Positions 38,349 to 47,210 of a DNA stretch of 64,000 nt are shown here, piece by piece. Numbering within the stretch: position 1 is the first letter of the stretch; each line of letters opens with the position of its first letter. The stretch is from an uncultured Bacilli bacterium (lineage in GTDB: Bacteria > Bacillota_I > Bacilli_A > RF39 > UBA660). The DNA lies in NCBI GenBank assembly GCA_934096555.1, contig CAKOMD010000003.1:15489-79488 (forward strand), in the 5' to 3' direction. The notes under the pieces are model-generated. The model worked only from the letters and a program-made list of their open reading frames with translations. It had not been told where the DNA came from and ran no database searches. A program made the translations under genes and the position numbers.

Positions 38349-39422
38349 CCCATTTTTTATTTCATAAACATTAGCCTTTTTCTTTATTTCGTCATTTATA
38401 TTTTTTATATCTGTTGTGGTAATTATAGTTTGTATATTACTATCTAAATACTTTAAAATATTATTTCTTTTATCAATATCTAATTCACTAAACATATCAT
38501 CCAGTAAGAGTATTGGCGGATCAGTAGTAATATCACTAAATAATTTAACTTCAGACAATTTAAGTGCCAAAACCGCACTCCTAATTTGACCTTGACTACC
38601 ATATAATGATAAATTTTTGTCATCTAATAAAAAATAAAAATCATCCCTATTTGGTCCAATCAAAGTCATTTTGTATTGAATATCTCTACTTAAATTATCA
38701 TCTAATTTTTTCATAAATGTTTCTTTAGTAATATTACTAAAATTAGAAATATATTTAATTATCAGATTATCATATCCTGTAATATATTTAAAAGAATTAC
38801 TTAAATGCATATTAATATCATCAATAAATTTCTTGCGGAAATCATATATTTTCAACGATAAAAGTACATACTTCTCATTTATTATGTTTAAATACATCAT
38901 ATCATTTTCTTTATTAATATTAATTACTTTAAGAAATTCATTTCTTTGTCGTAATACAGTATTATAGTCACTAAGTAACTTTAAATATTTTTTATTAATT
39001 TGACTAATTTCAATATTAAAGTACTTTCTTCGAGAATTTGGACTATCCTTGAATATCCTTATACTATCTGAATTAAATACTATAACGTTAAGTAAAGATA
39101 TATAATTACTAAGTTTTTTAATTTCTTTGTTGTTAATTTTAACTACTTTACCATTTTCATTAATCAAAACTTCTAAATTAAATTTTCCTCCATTAGTAAT
39201 AATTTCTCCTTTTATTAAAGAAAATTTATTATCAAATTTAATAAGATTTTTATCATTACCAGGTAAAAAAGACTTAGTAACACCGAGAACATAGATAGAT
39301 TCTAACAAATTAGTTTTTCCTTGAGCATTATCTCCAATAATAATATTTAAATTACTATTAAATGTTACTTCTAAATTATCATAATTACGATATTTTTTTA
39401 ATGTTATTTTTGTAATTTTCAT
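38328..39422 (-). CDS. recF: DNA replication and repair protein RecF
   Basis: GDNAQGKTNLLE Walker A, the SQGQ signature and LLLDD Walker B. Confidence 0.95.
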   Translation of the reverse strand: MKITKITLKKYRNYDNLEVTFNSNLNIIIGDNAQGKTNLLESIYVLGVTKSFLPGNDKNLIKFDNKFSLIKGEIITNGGKFNLEVLINENGKVVKINNKEIKKLSNYISLLNVIVFNSDSIRIFKDSPNSRRKYFNIEISQINKKYLKLLSDYNTVLRQRNEFLKVININKENDMMYLNIINEKYVLLSLKIYDFRKKFIDDINMHLSNSFKYITGYDNLIIKYISNFSNITKETFMKKLDDNLSRDIQYKMTLIGPNRDDFYFLLDDKNLSLYGSQGQIRSAVLALKLSEVKLFSDITTDPPILLLDDMFSELDIDKRNNILKYLDSNIQTIITTTDIKNINDEIKKKANVYEIKNGKLFPGK

Positions 39423-39565
39423 TTTACAGCCTCATTTTTGCTCGTAGTTAAATAATTAATCTAACCATGTATCCCTATACATACATAATTATATCATAAA
39501 TGAGAGATTTTTAAAAGAAAAAAAGGTTATTTTTTTGCCTTTTTTCCTTATTTTTTAAGACTTTT

Positions 39566-40027
39566 TTACATTTCTGTGTATTGCAAACTATTAAGTAATT
39601 TTTCTATTTTGATACACTTAGTAATTTGATTATCAATAGTAGTATACGGTGCCCTAATTTTTAATACTTTTCCACCTTTAAAATAAATTTCGGTATATTT
39701 TTTTTCAGCTTCTACATATCGTTCAATATTATTATAAGAAAGCCAAATACATTTATTAGATTCTGGTGAAGCTGTAGGAAATAATATTATTTTATTATAT
39801 TCAGAAAGTATAATAGGAGTTTTAATGTAATAATTAAAATGATCTATTACAAATTGTCTTTGAATATTATAAGAATGTCCATAGCAAAAACAACATTTCT
39901 TTAAAAACTTCAACGAATTACCTTTAAAAGTCAATCTTTTTGCCTTTTCTATAACCAAAACATTATTTTTCTCTATACTATCCTGAGTAAAACATAAAAT
40001 GTCTTCATTAATAATATAGTCTCGCAT
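39566..40027 (-). CDS. ComK-family protein
   Basis: Starts at MRDYIINEDIL. It aligns to Bacillus ComK blocks C.F.G.SY..R, K.PI, I.LFPT.S....C.W.S, T.I.F..GK and SY....Q. Confidence 0.7.
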   Translation of the reverse strand: MRDYIINEDILCFTQDSIEKNNVLVIEKAKRLTFKGNSLKFLKKCCFCYGHSYNIQRQFVIDHFNYYIKTPIILSEYNKIILFPTASPESNKCIWLSYNNIERYVEAEKKYTEIYFKGGKVLKIRAPYTTIDNQITKCIKIEKLLNSLQYTEM

Positions 40028-40271
40028 AAATTTTCCCCCTTCCCACATATAAAATATGTGAAAAATATTAAAGCATAAAGATATGTCGAATTTTGTAGAA
40101 AAATGTCGATAAAAGTAGTTTTTTTATTTTATTTGCACTATAGACTGCATTTTTAAGATCTATAACACTATCTTAAAACACATTTTACCAAAAAATAATA
40201 ACGTCATTCATATTTTTAAATGTAAGATATTTATAAAACATTTGATTTAGACTTCAATTCTATATTTTTAC

Positions 40272-40295
40272 TTATCCACATTAAATGTGGATAAA
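40272..40295. promoter_or_regulatory. inverted pair of perfect DnaA boxes
   Basis: TTATCCACA (40272-40280), a 6 nt gap, then TGTGGATAA (40287-40295). The pair lies immediately after the dnaN terminator. Confidence 0.75.
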
Positions 40296-40322
40296 GAAAA
40301 AAGTCCTTCTAAAAGGACTTTT
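40291..40322 (-). terminator. rho-independent terminator after dnaN
   Basis: On the minus strand: AAGTCCTT-TTAG-AAGGACTT followed by TTTTTTCTTT. Confidence 0.75.
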
Positions 40323-40345
40323 AACATTTTAATAAACATTTTACT

Positions 40346-41461
40346 CTAACAAGTTTTAATAGGAAGTACTAATTGTATTAATGAATTATCTTCATTATTT
40401 TTAATAACAATAGGAGAACTATCGTTATTCATGCAAAGAACAACTTTATCCTTGTTAAAACTCTTGATTGCATCAAGCATAAATTTAGAACTAAATGATA
40501 TATTAATTTCTTTATCAGAACTAATACTTATTTTTTCTTCTACTCTACCTATTTCAGGACTATTTGATGAAATCATAAGTTCATCTTTAGTTAATGATAA
40601 TTTTACAGTATTCTTTTCTCTATCAGAAGTAAGAAGAGATGCTCTATCTATCATATTAAATAAATCATCAAATTTACATTCTAGTTCGATATTAAAATCT
40701 TTAGGAATAATATTTGAAGTTGTTGGATATGTACCAGACAACAATCTAGATAAGAATACAATATTCTTATACTTAAATAATATCTTATTACTAAACAAAT
40801 GCATTTCCACACTAGCAGTATCATCATCTAACATCTTAGTAAGTTCAAGTAAGTTTTTACCAGGAACTACGATATTCACTTCATTTTCAATATCCTTATC
40901 AATTTCTACATACTTTCTTGCAAGTCTATATGAATCTGTTGCTAATATTTCGAAACTATTTCCAGATAATTTAAAATTAATACCAGTAAGAAGAGGTCTA
41001 GTTTCACTCTGACTAGTGGCAAATACAGTTTGATTAATAATATCTTTAAATATTCCATTATTTACTACAATTGGTTCTTTAGTTTCATCTAAATCTAAGT
41101 TAGGAAATTCATTAGGATTTATACCATTTAAATTAAACTCTGTATTATCTGTACTAACAATTAATTTATATCCATCAATTACTTCAATAGAAATATCAGT
41201 ATTTGGAAGTTTTCTTATTATTTCTACTATATACTTACCTCCAATTACTATACTACCTAATTCACTAGTACTTGTTAATTTATCTTTTGGTATAAATGAT
41301 CTAATAGATACATCAGTATCACTAGCATATAAATACAACCCCTCTTCTTTTAATTCAAATTTTATACCCGTTAATATTGGTATTAAATTTTTCGTAGATA
41401 TTGCTCTAGCAGTATTGTTTAAACTTTCTAATAATATTTCTTTCTTTACTTTGAATTTCAT
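40346..41461 (-). CDS. dnaN: DNA polymerase III beta sliding clamp
   Basis: About 371 aa from MKFKVKKEILL, with a three-domain clamp layout, directly downstream of dnaA. Confidence 0.95.
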   Translation of the reverse strand: MKFKVKKEILLESLNNTARAISTKNLIPILTGIKFELKEEGLYLYASDTDVSIRSFIPKDKLTSTSELGSIVIGGKYIVEIIRKLPNTDISIEVIDGYKLIVSTDNTEFNLNGINPNEFPNLDLDETKEPIVVNNGIFKDIINQTVFATSQSETRPLLTGINFKLSGNSFEILATDSYRLARKYVEIDKDIENEVNIVVPGKNLLELTKMLDDDTASVEMHLFSNKILFKYKNIVFLSRLLSGTYPTTSNIIPKDFNIELECKFDDLFNMIDRASLLTSDREKNTVKLSLTKDELMISSNSPEIGRVEEKISISSDKEINISFSSKFMLDAIKSFNKDKVVLCMNNDSSPIVIKNNEDNSLIQLVLPIKTC

Positions 41462-41480
41462 TTTTATCATCCTCTTTCTT

Positions 41481-41596
41481 TTATTATATAATTATTATTA
41501 TTATACTGTTGATATTGTTGATATCTTTATTTTTTTCTTGTTTTATATACTTTTCTTTTTCCACAGAACCTGTGGATATTTCTGTTTTTATCCACT
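41481..41596. other. oriC part (dnaA-dnaN spacer): DnaA boxes plus AT-rich/TAA-repeat candidate unwinding element
   Basis: The boxes are TGTTGATAT x2 (41507-41524), TTTTCCACA (41557-41565), TGTGGATAT (41571-41579) and TTATCCACT (41588-41596). ATT/TAA trinucleotide repeats at 41491-41504 abut the tandem boxes. Confidence 0.7.
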
Positions 41597-42956
41597 ATAT
41601 TTTTTCTTTTAGTTCATTTATTACTATTTGGAGTTGTGGATTTGTCTTTAAATCACTCTCAATTCTCTGATATGCACTGATAATTGTGGAATGGTCTCTA
41701 CCTCCAAAGTATGTTCCCATTTTTGGAAAAGATTCACTAGTCATTTTTCTACATAAATAAATGGCTATTTGCCTTGGATAGTTAATATCTTTATTTCTCT
41801 TTTTGCCTTTTAAATCTTCAATATCAATTTTAAAGTACTCACATACAATTCTTTGAATTCTATGAACATCATTTTTATATACACTTTTCTCAGATACCTT
41901 ATCTTTGAGTGCCTCAATGGCAATATCGAGATTAACTATACCTCTATTCATCATCGATGCATAGGCAAATACTCTTGTAATAGCCCCTTCCAGCTGTCTA
42001 ACATCTGAATCATTAATATTAGCTATATATTCAATAACTTCAATTGGTATATCTTCCGCCGCTTCTTGATGAGATATTTTCTTTTTTATAATATCTACTC
42101 TTAAATTAAAATCAGGCGGTGTTATATTCGCAGTAAGTCCCCAGTTAAATCTAGTAATTAATCTATTTTCTAGCATTTTAAGGTCATCTACCGATCTATC
42201 AGAGGCTATAATTATCTGTTTATTAGAATCATGCAGTTCATTAAAAGTATGGAAAAATTCTTCTTGTCCTTTAGTGGCACTACCCAGAAATTGAATATCA
42301 TCGATTATTAGTACATCAATATTACGATACTTGTTTTTAAACGAATCAATCCTATCAAAACTATTTTTTTCATTGTTTCTAACCGCATAAATATAATCGT
42401 TTACAAATTGTTCACTAGATACATAAAGTACCTTTTTATTAGAATTTTCTAATATATAGTTGCCAATAGCATGCATTAAATGTGTTTTACCAAGTCCACT
42501 TTTTCCATATAAAAACAGCGGATTATAAGCTTTACCAGGTTTTTCAGCCACCGCTCTTGCCGCAGTAAAAGCAAATCTATTCGAATCACCTACTATAAAA
42601 CTATCAAAAGTATATTCGCTATTTAGATTAGCGGAACTACTACTTTGATGTGGAACCCCGATACTTTCTGTTTCATCAATAATCTTTTCTTCTAAAGTAT
42701 CATCTGTTATTTCGTTTTCCAGCTTAAATTGAAAATTAAAATTAGTTCCAGTAATCGAATTAAATATTTCTTCGATCTCATCTAAATAGTTTTCTTCCAA
42801 ATGCTTTTTATGTAAAATCATTGGAACTATAATAGTTGCAGTGTTTTTATCCAATTTGTATAACTTAGTATCTTTAAACCAAGTATCATAAGATAAAGGG
42901 GATATTCGCTCTTTAATTTTTTCAAGAAAATTGTTCCAAATAGTTTCTGTATTCAT
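41595..42956 (-). CDS. dnaA: chromosomal replication initiator protein DnaA
   Basis: Starts at MNTETIWNNFLEKIK after an AGGAGG RBS. GKSGLGKTHL Walker A, DDIQF and the C-terminal DNA-binding block GGRDHSTI are present. Confidence 0.97.
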   Translation of the reverse strand: MNTETIWNNFLEKIKERISPLSYDTWFKDTKLYKLDKNTATIIVPMILHKKHLEENYLDEIEEIFNSITGTNFNFQFKLENEITDDTLEEKIIDETESIGVPHQSSSSANLNSEYTFDSFIVGDSNRFAFTAARAVAEKPGKAYNPLFLYGKSGLGKTHLMHAIGNYILENSNKKVLYVSSEQFVNDYIYAVRNNEKNSFDRIDSFKNKYRNIDVLIIDDIQFLGSATKGQEEFFHTFNELHDSNKQIIIASDRSVDDLKMLENRLITRFNWGLTANITPPDFNLRVDIIKKKISHQEAAEDIPIEVIEYIANINDSDVRQLEGAITRVFAYASMMNRGIVNLDIAIEALKDKVSEKSVYKNDVHRIQRIVCEYFKIDIEDLKGKKRNKDINYPRQIAIYLCRKMTSESFPKMGTYFGGRDHSTIISAYQRIESDLKTNPQLQIVINELKEKI

Positions 42957-43108
42957 TAGCAAAACCTCCTGACTAAGTATTCCATTAACATTATTATATA
43001 ACAAATTTTAAATTTGTCTAGTACAAAATTTTAATAAACATGTAAATTAACAAGTTATAAACATCTTTTCAACAATATAATATCATATAAAATATGTGTT
43101 TTAAATGG

Positions 43109-43187
43109 TTATCCACAAATTTTGTCAAATTTTGTTATTAACAGGTGTTACTTTACTTTTCCACAGCCCTGTTGATATTGTTGATAC
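43109..43187. promoter_or_regulatory. DnaA-box cluster upstream of dnaA (oriC/dnaA promoter region)
   Basis: TTATCCACA (43109-43117), TTTTCCACA (43157-43165), TGTTGATAT (43170-43178) and TGTTGATAC (43179-43187). Confidence 0.75.
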
Positions 43188-43216
43188 ATAAAAAAAGCCT
43201 TTGTTTATGAGGCTTT
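43188..43216 (-). terminator. rho-independent terminator after HerA-like gene
   Basis: On the minus strand: AAAGCCT-CATAAACAA-AGGCTTT followed by TTTTTTTAT. Confidence 0.7.
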
Positions 43217-43219
43217 ACA

Positions 43220-44980
43220 TTAATTAGTTTTCCACTGTATCATCCATTTATCAAATACATGGGCGTTTGAACTCTGTGGTTCTGGATTAGGAAGTTCCAT
43301 TTTTACAATCATAGGTATCTTCATCATTTTACCAAAAGCCACACAAGTACCTGCTTGAAGTGATTTTTGCTTTTCTAAAACATCACTACTAATGTTTGGT
43401 ACCATCTTTTCAATATATTCTAAGTCAGCAGGATGATTAATCTTAAATATCAAGAAATTACTACATTGCGATAATACAGTTTCTGATAATTCAGTAGGTC
43501 TTTGTGTTACTAAATCCATCATAACGCCAAACTTTCTACCTTCCTTAGCTATTCTTTCAAATATATTATATCCAAGTATATCATTATCAATATCTTTCTG
43601 AACATATCTATGTGCTTCTTCAAGCATGATATTAATAGGCATAGAGCCCCTCGAAGGAAGACTCTTCATAAAATTAAAGAATATTCTAGAATAAATTTTA
43701 ACTAAAGCCTTAGCAAATCTATCATCAATACCTTCGAGTACAAAATTAATAATTTGTGCTCTCTTGTTACCATTCACTAGTATTAAGTCAGATATAAATT
43801 CATTAATAGTACAAAACTTTTCTACTTCAAAATACCTTCTCAAAGAACTATTAGCAATACTATGTAATTTAACTTTTAAAGCAGTACCTTCTGCATAAGA
43901 CTTCTCATTAAGAAGAACTCCTTCAGATATTAAAGTAAAATTAAGTGCCTCCTCTAAATCATCAATAGTAAAATATACAGGTGTATAATCTTCTTTCCAT
44001 TTAGTATCATTATCAATAAATTTCTTAATATATTCTGTAATAAGAACTCTCTCAGCAAATTGTCCTTGACTATCTATTTCAAAGCATTTTCTAAATTGTC
44101 TCGTATAACCAACACCAGGAACATCAACGTCCAAGTTAAGTTCTTTAGTACTACAACTAGTTAAAATAGAAAATATTTGGTCTCTTATTCTAGCAGATAC
44201 TTGATTAGAATAAAGAACAGATGTAATAGCGGTAGCAATTAAGTGATTCTTATACTTATTAGATTCTTCATCATTTCTTGCAAATAAAGAAACATAATTA
44301 AGCATTTTTTCAATAACCATAATTTGACTATAAGTACTAACATCAAGTAAATTAGCATAATCATCTACTGACATAAGCCATAAAGGTAATTTTAAAATAC
44401 TATTATTACTATCTGTATCAGTACTAAACATTTTATAATTAAAATTAAAATTATAACTATTAATAGATTTAAAAGCATTATCATATTCATCAGTATTATT
44501 AAATATAAATATAACACTATTAAATGGAATATAGTTAGGCATAGTAAATAAATTTTGTACTAGTCTAGCTACACCATATGTTTTACCACTACCAGTATTA
44601 CCAAATATAGCGGTATGATTACTCCACATATCATCAATATTAATTTTAACAGGGCTATTATTATATAAAGGAGATAGTCCAAGCATCATTGCCGTACTAT
44701 CATTGTAGCCAGTAAGTTCTGCTAGTTCATTGCCATTAATTATTCTTATTTTAGCATTAATACTAGGTTTTCTAATAATACCATCAAAAAATTTATCATT
44801 AATAAACTCACCTAAGAAAGTAATTTTAGCCTCATTATTAATTATTTCTTCAATTTCTCCTAGTATTTTTTTATTATTTTCCTCAAAAATAACATTTAAA
44901 TTAAGTAAGTCATCATTAATTACATTATCTATTTTAACGATAGCATAATTTTTACTAATTGCGGTAATTTCTTTAAACAT
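43220..44980 (-). CDS. HerA/FtsK-like (DUF87-type) hexameric ATPase
   Basis: 586 aa with an N-terminal HAS-barrel-like segment, Walker A AIFGNTGSGKTYG, Walker B MLEEAHRY and the VTQRPTELSETVLSQCSNFLIFK block typical of HerA. Confidence 0.7.
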   Translation of the reverse strand: MFKEITAISKNYAIVKIDNVINDDLLNLNVIFEENNKKILGEIEEIINNEAKITFLGEFINDKFFDGIIRKPSINAKIRIINGNELAELTGYNDSTAMMLGLSPLYNNSPVKINIDDMWSNHTAIFGNTGSGKTYGVARLVQNLFTMPNYIPFNSVIFIFNNTDEYDNAFKSINSYNFNFNYKMFSTDTDSNNSILKLPLWLMSVDDYANLLDVSTYSQIMVIEKMLNYVSLFARNDEESNKYKNHLIATAITSVLYSNQVSARIRDQIFSILTSCSTKELNLDVDVPGVGYTRQFRKCFEIDSQGQFAERVLITEYIKKFIDNDTKWKEDYTPVYFTIDDLEEALNFTLISEGVLLNEKSYAEGTALKVKLHSIANSSLRRYFEVEKFCTINEFISDLILVNGNKRAQIINFVLEGIDDRFAKALVKIYSRIFFNFMKSLPSRGSMPINIMLEEAHRYVQKDIDNDILGYNIFERIAKEGRKFGVMMDLVTQRPTELSETVLSQCSNFLIFKINHPADLEYIEKMVPNISSDVLEKQKSLQAGTCVAFGKMMKIPMIVKMELPNPEPQSSNAHVFDKWMIQWKTN

Positions 44981-45084
44981 AACTAGCCCTTCCTTCTATC
45001 TCTATTATAATTAAATTATACCAAATAAATATCAAAAAGAAAATAGTTTTTTATTTATTTCATCTCGCATTTCATTGCTCGCTG

Positions 45085-45138
45085 TTTTTGAAGCCTAAGG
45101 TCTTCAAAAAGAATTACTAAGCCAAAGTCTTAGTAATT
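45085..45138 (+). repeat. tandem intergenic hairpin pair (family D1-D2)
   Basis: tttttgaag-CCTAAGGT-cttcaaaaa is followed 1 nt later by aattactaag-CCAAAGT-cttagtaatt. The pair sits in a divergent promoter region. Confidence 0.8.
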
Positions 45139-45206
45139 TTTCCATTTCTTGTAAAATATTTACAAAAAAACAATATTATAGTATAATTTCATTAGTGGTG
45201 ATTTAA

Positions 45207-47198
45207 GTGTCAAAAGAAGTAAAAAAGGTTAAAAAGAAAAATAAAAGTAAAAATAATAAAATAAAAAAGAAAAATATAGATATAAAAAAGATACTAAATA
45301 AGGTATTAGATATAATAAAGAAATACTATTACATATTAATATTAGCATTACCATTTATATTAATAGACTTATTTACCAAAATATTAGGATACAAAATACA
45401 TTTTTATGGAATTATGAAATTAGTACCGATACTATTTACTTTATCATGGATATTCTTTGTACTAGGAGTTTCTCTATTCTATAAGAAAAAGATTGGAAAA
45501 ACAATATATATTATCTTCTTTATATTATCATTTGCAGTATACACAGTAAATAATATATATTACTCAATGACAGGAACATTCTTCGACTTTAGTATGGTTT
45601 TACTCGCAGGAGAAGGTTCTGAATATTTTCTAGATGCTATAAAAGATTGTAATATTTGGGTATACATATTAATGGTACCAATAATAGGTTCATTTATTTT
45701 GGGATTAAAGTTTTATCCAAACAGAAAGAAAACAAATTTAAAAAGCGTAATAAAAGTATTCTTTGCATTTCTAATATTACATTTTATAATACCATTTCTA
45801 TTAGGTACTCCCAATGAAGAACTTACTTGGAGTACCTGGAGAAATCCTAGAAATATATATATAAGTTTTAATGATAATAATAAAAGTATGATGGTATCAG
45901 GAGTATATGAATATACAGTAAGAAATTTCTATATAACATTTATAAAAGCCAAGAAGACAACCAATGAAGAAGATTTAACATTCCTTGAGGAAGAATATAA
46001 TAAAGAGGAGACAAAAGAGACAAACAAATATACAGGAAAATATAAAGATAATAACTTAATAATGGTACAACTTGAAGGAATAGATAACTGGTTAATTACT
46101 GAAGAAGATACTCCTACATTATATAAAATGATGAATAATGGTATTAACTTTACTAATCATTATTCATATTACAATGGTGGAGGCTCTACCTTTAACTCAG
46201 AGTTTGCAGTTAATACAGGATTTATAACTCCTCTATCATATACACAAAATGCTTATACCTTTAATAAAAATACATTTCCATATTCATTAGCCCATCTATT
46301 CAAAAATGAAGGCTACACAGTTAATGCCTTTCATATGAATACTAGTGAATACTATTCACGAGGAGCCAACTATAAAAACTGGGGATATGATAATTATTAT
46401 GGACTAGTAGATTTAGGAACATATAAAGATGATTCTTATGTTTTAGATAGAGAATTAATATTAAATGAAACATTTAAAGAAAAAATGTTTGAAAATGAAA
46501 AATTTGTTAATTATATCATAACTTATACTAATCATATGCCATTTACAACAGAAAAAGGTAATTGTAGAAAGCTATTAACACTAGATTATTTAAGTGAAAA
46601 CAACTTAGAGGAGTTACCAAAAGATTATGTATATCCAGAAATGACTGAAGAATCTTGTGCTAGGAGACAAGCAAAAGAAACAGATTATATGATGGAATTA
46701 TTATTAAATGAATTAACAGAAAGAAATTTACTAGATAACACAACAATCATTGTATTTACAGACCATTATCTATATACATTATCAGACCAAACAATCCTAG
46801 ACAAATATAAAGAAACAGATAATAACTTAATTAATCATACACCATTCTTTATATGGCATAACAATAAAGATAAGAAAACAATAAAAGAAGTAACATCACA
46901 GTTGAATGTACTACCTACAGTATTAAACCTATATGGAATAGATTATAATTCAAATTATTATATAGGTACCGATGCCTTAGATAATAACTATCATGGTTCA
47001 GTATTCTTTAGTGATTATTCATGGTATGATGGAAGCATCTATGTAGATGGTGGTATAATAACCAAAGGTAAAGAAATAGATAGTTTATTACTTGAAGATA
47101 AAAACTACTATATAAATTATCTAATAAAGAAAAATGATTTAACATTAAAATATAATTATTTTAAACAAATAAAAGAAAGACAAAATAAAACAATATAA
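45207..47198 (+). CDS. LtaS-like sulfatase-family membrane protein (lipoteichoic acid synthase family)
   Basis: 663 aa with a GTG start after a GTGGTGA RBS. It has a Lys-rich N-terminus, about 5 TM helices and an extracellular alkaline-phosphatase/sulfatase-like domain (QLEGIDNW, GGGSTFNSEF). Confidence 0.75.
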   Translation: MSKEVKKVKKKNKSKNNKIKKKNIDIKKILNKVLDIIKKYYYILILALPFILIDLFTKILGYKIHFYGIMKLVPILFTLSWIFFVLGVSLFYKKKIGKTIYIIFFILSFAVYTVNNIYYSMTGTFFDFSMVLLAGEGSEYFLDAIKDCNIWVYILMVPIIGSFILGLKFYPNRKKTNLKSVIKVFFAFLILHFIIPFLLGTPNEELTWSTWRNPRNIYISFNDNNKSMMVSGVYEYTVRNFYITFIKAKKTTNEEDLTFLEEEYNKEETKETNKYTGKYKDNNLIMVQLEGIDNWLITEEDTPTLYKMMNNGINFTNHYSYYNGGGSTFNSEFAVNTGFITPLSYTQNAYTFNKNTFPYSLAHLFKNEGYTVNAFHMNTSEYYSRGANYKNWGYDNYYGLVDLGTYKDDSYVLDRELILNETFKEKMFENEKFVNYIITYTNHMPFTTEKGNCRKLLTLDYLSENNLEELPKDYVYPEMTEESCARRQAKETDYMMELLLNELTERNLLDNTTIIVFTDHYLYTLSDQTILDKYKETDNNLINHTPFFIWHNNKDKKTIKEVTSQLNVLPTVLNLYGIDYNSNYYIGTDALDNNYHGSVFFSDYSWYDGSIYVDGGIITKGKEIDSLLLEDKNYYINYLIKKNDLTLKYNYFKQIKERQNKTI

Positions 47199-47210
47199 AA
47201 ACTCTAGTTC

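Noticed and set aside
40151-40178. Possible degenerate member of the hairpin family (ttttaag-ATCTATAACACTAT-cttaaaa).
   Set aside because: The stem is only 7 bp and the loop lacks the CC...GT ends. It cannot be distinguished from a chance AT-rich inverted repeat.
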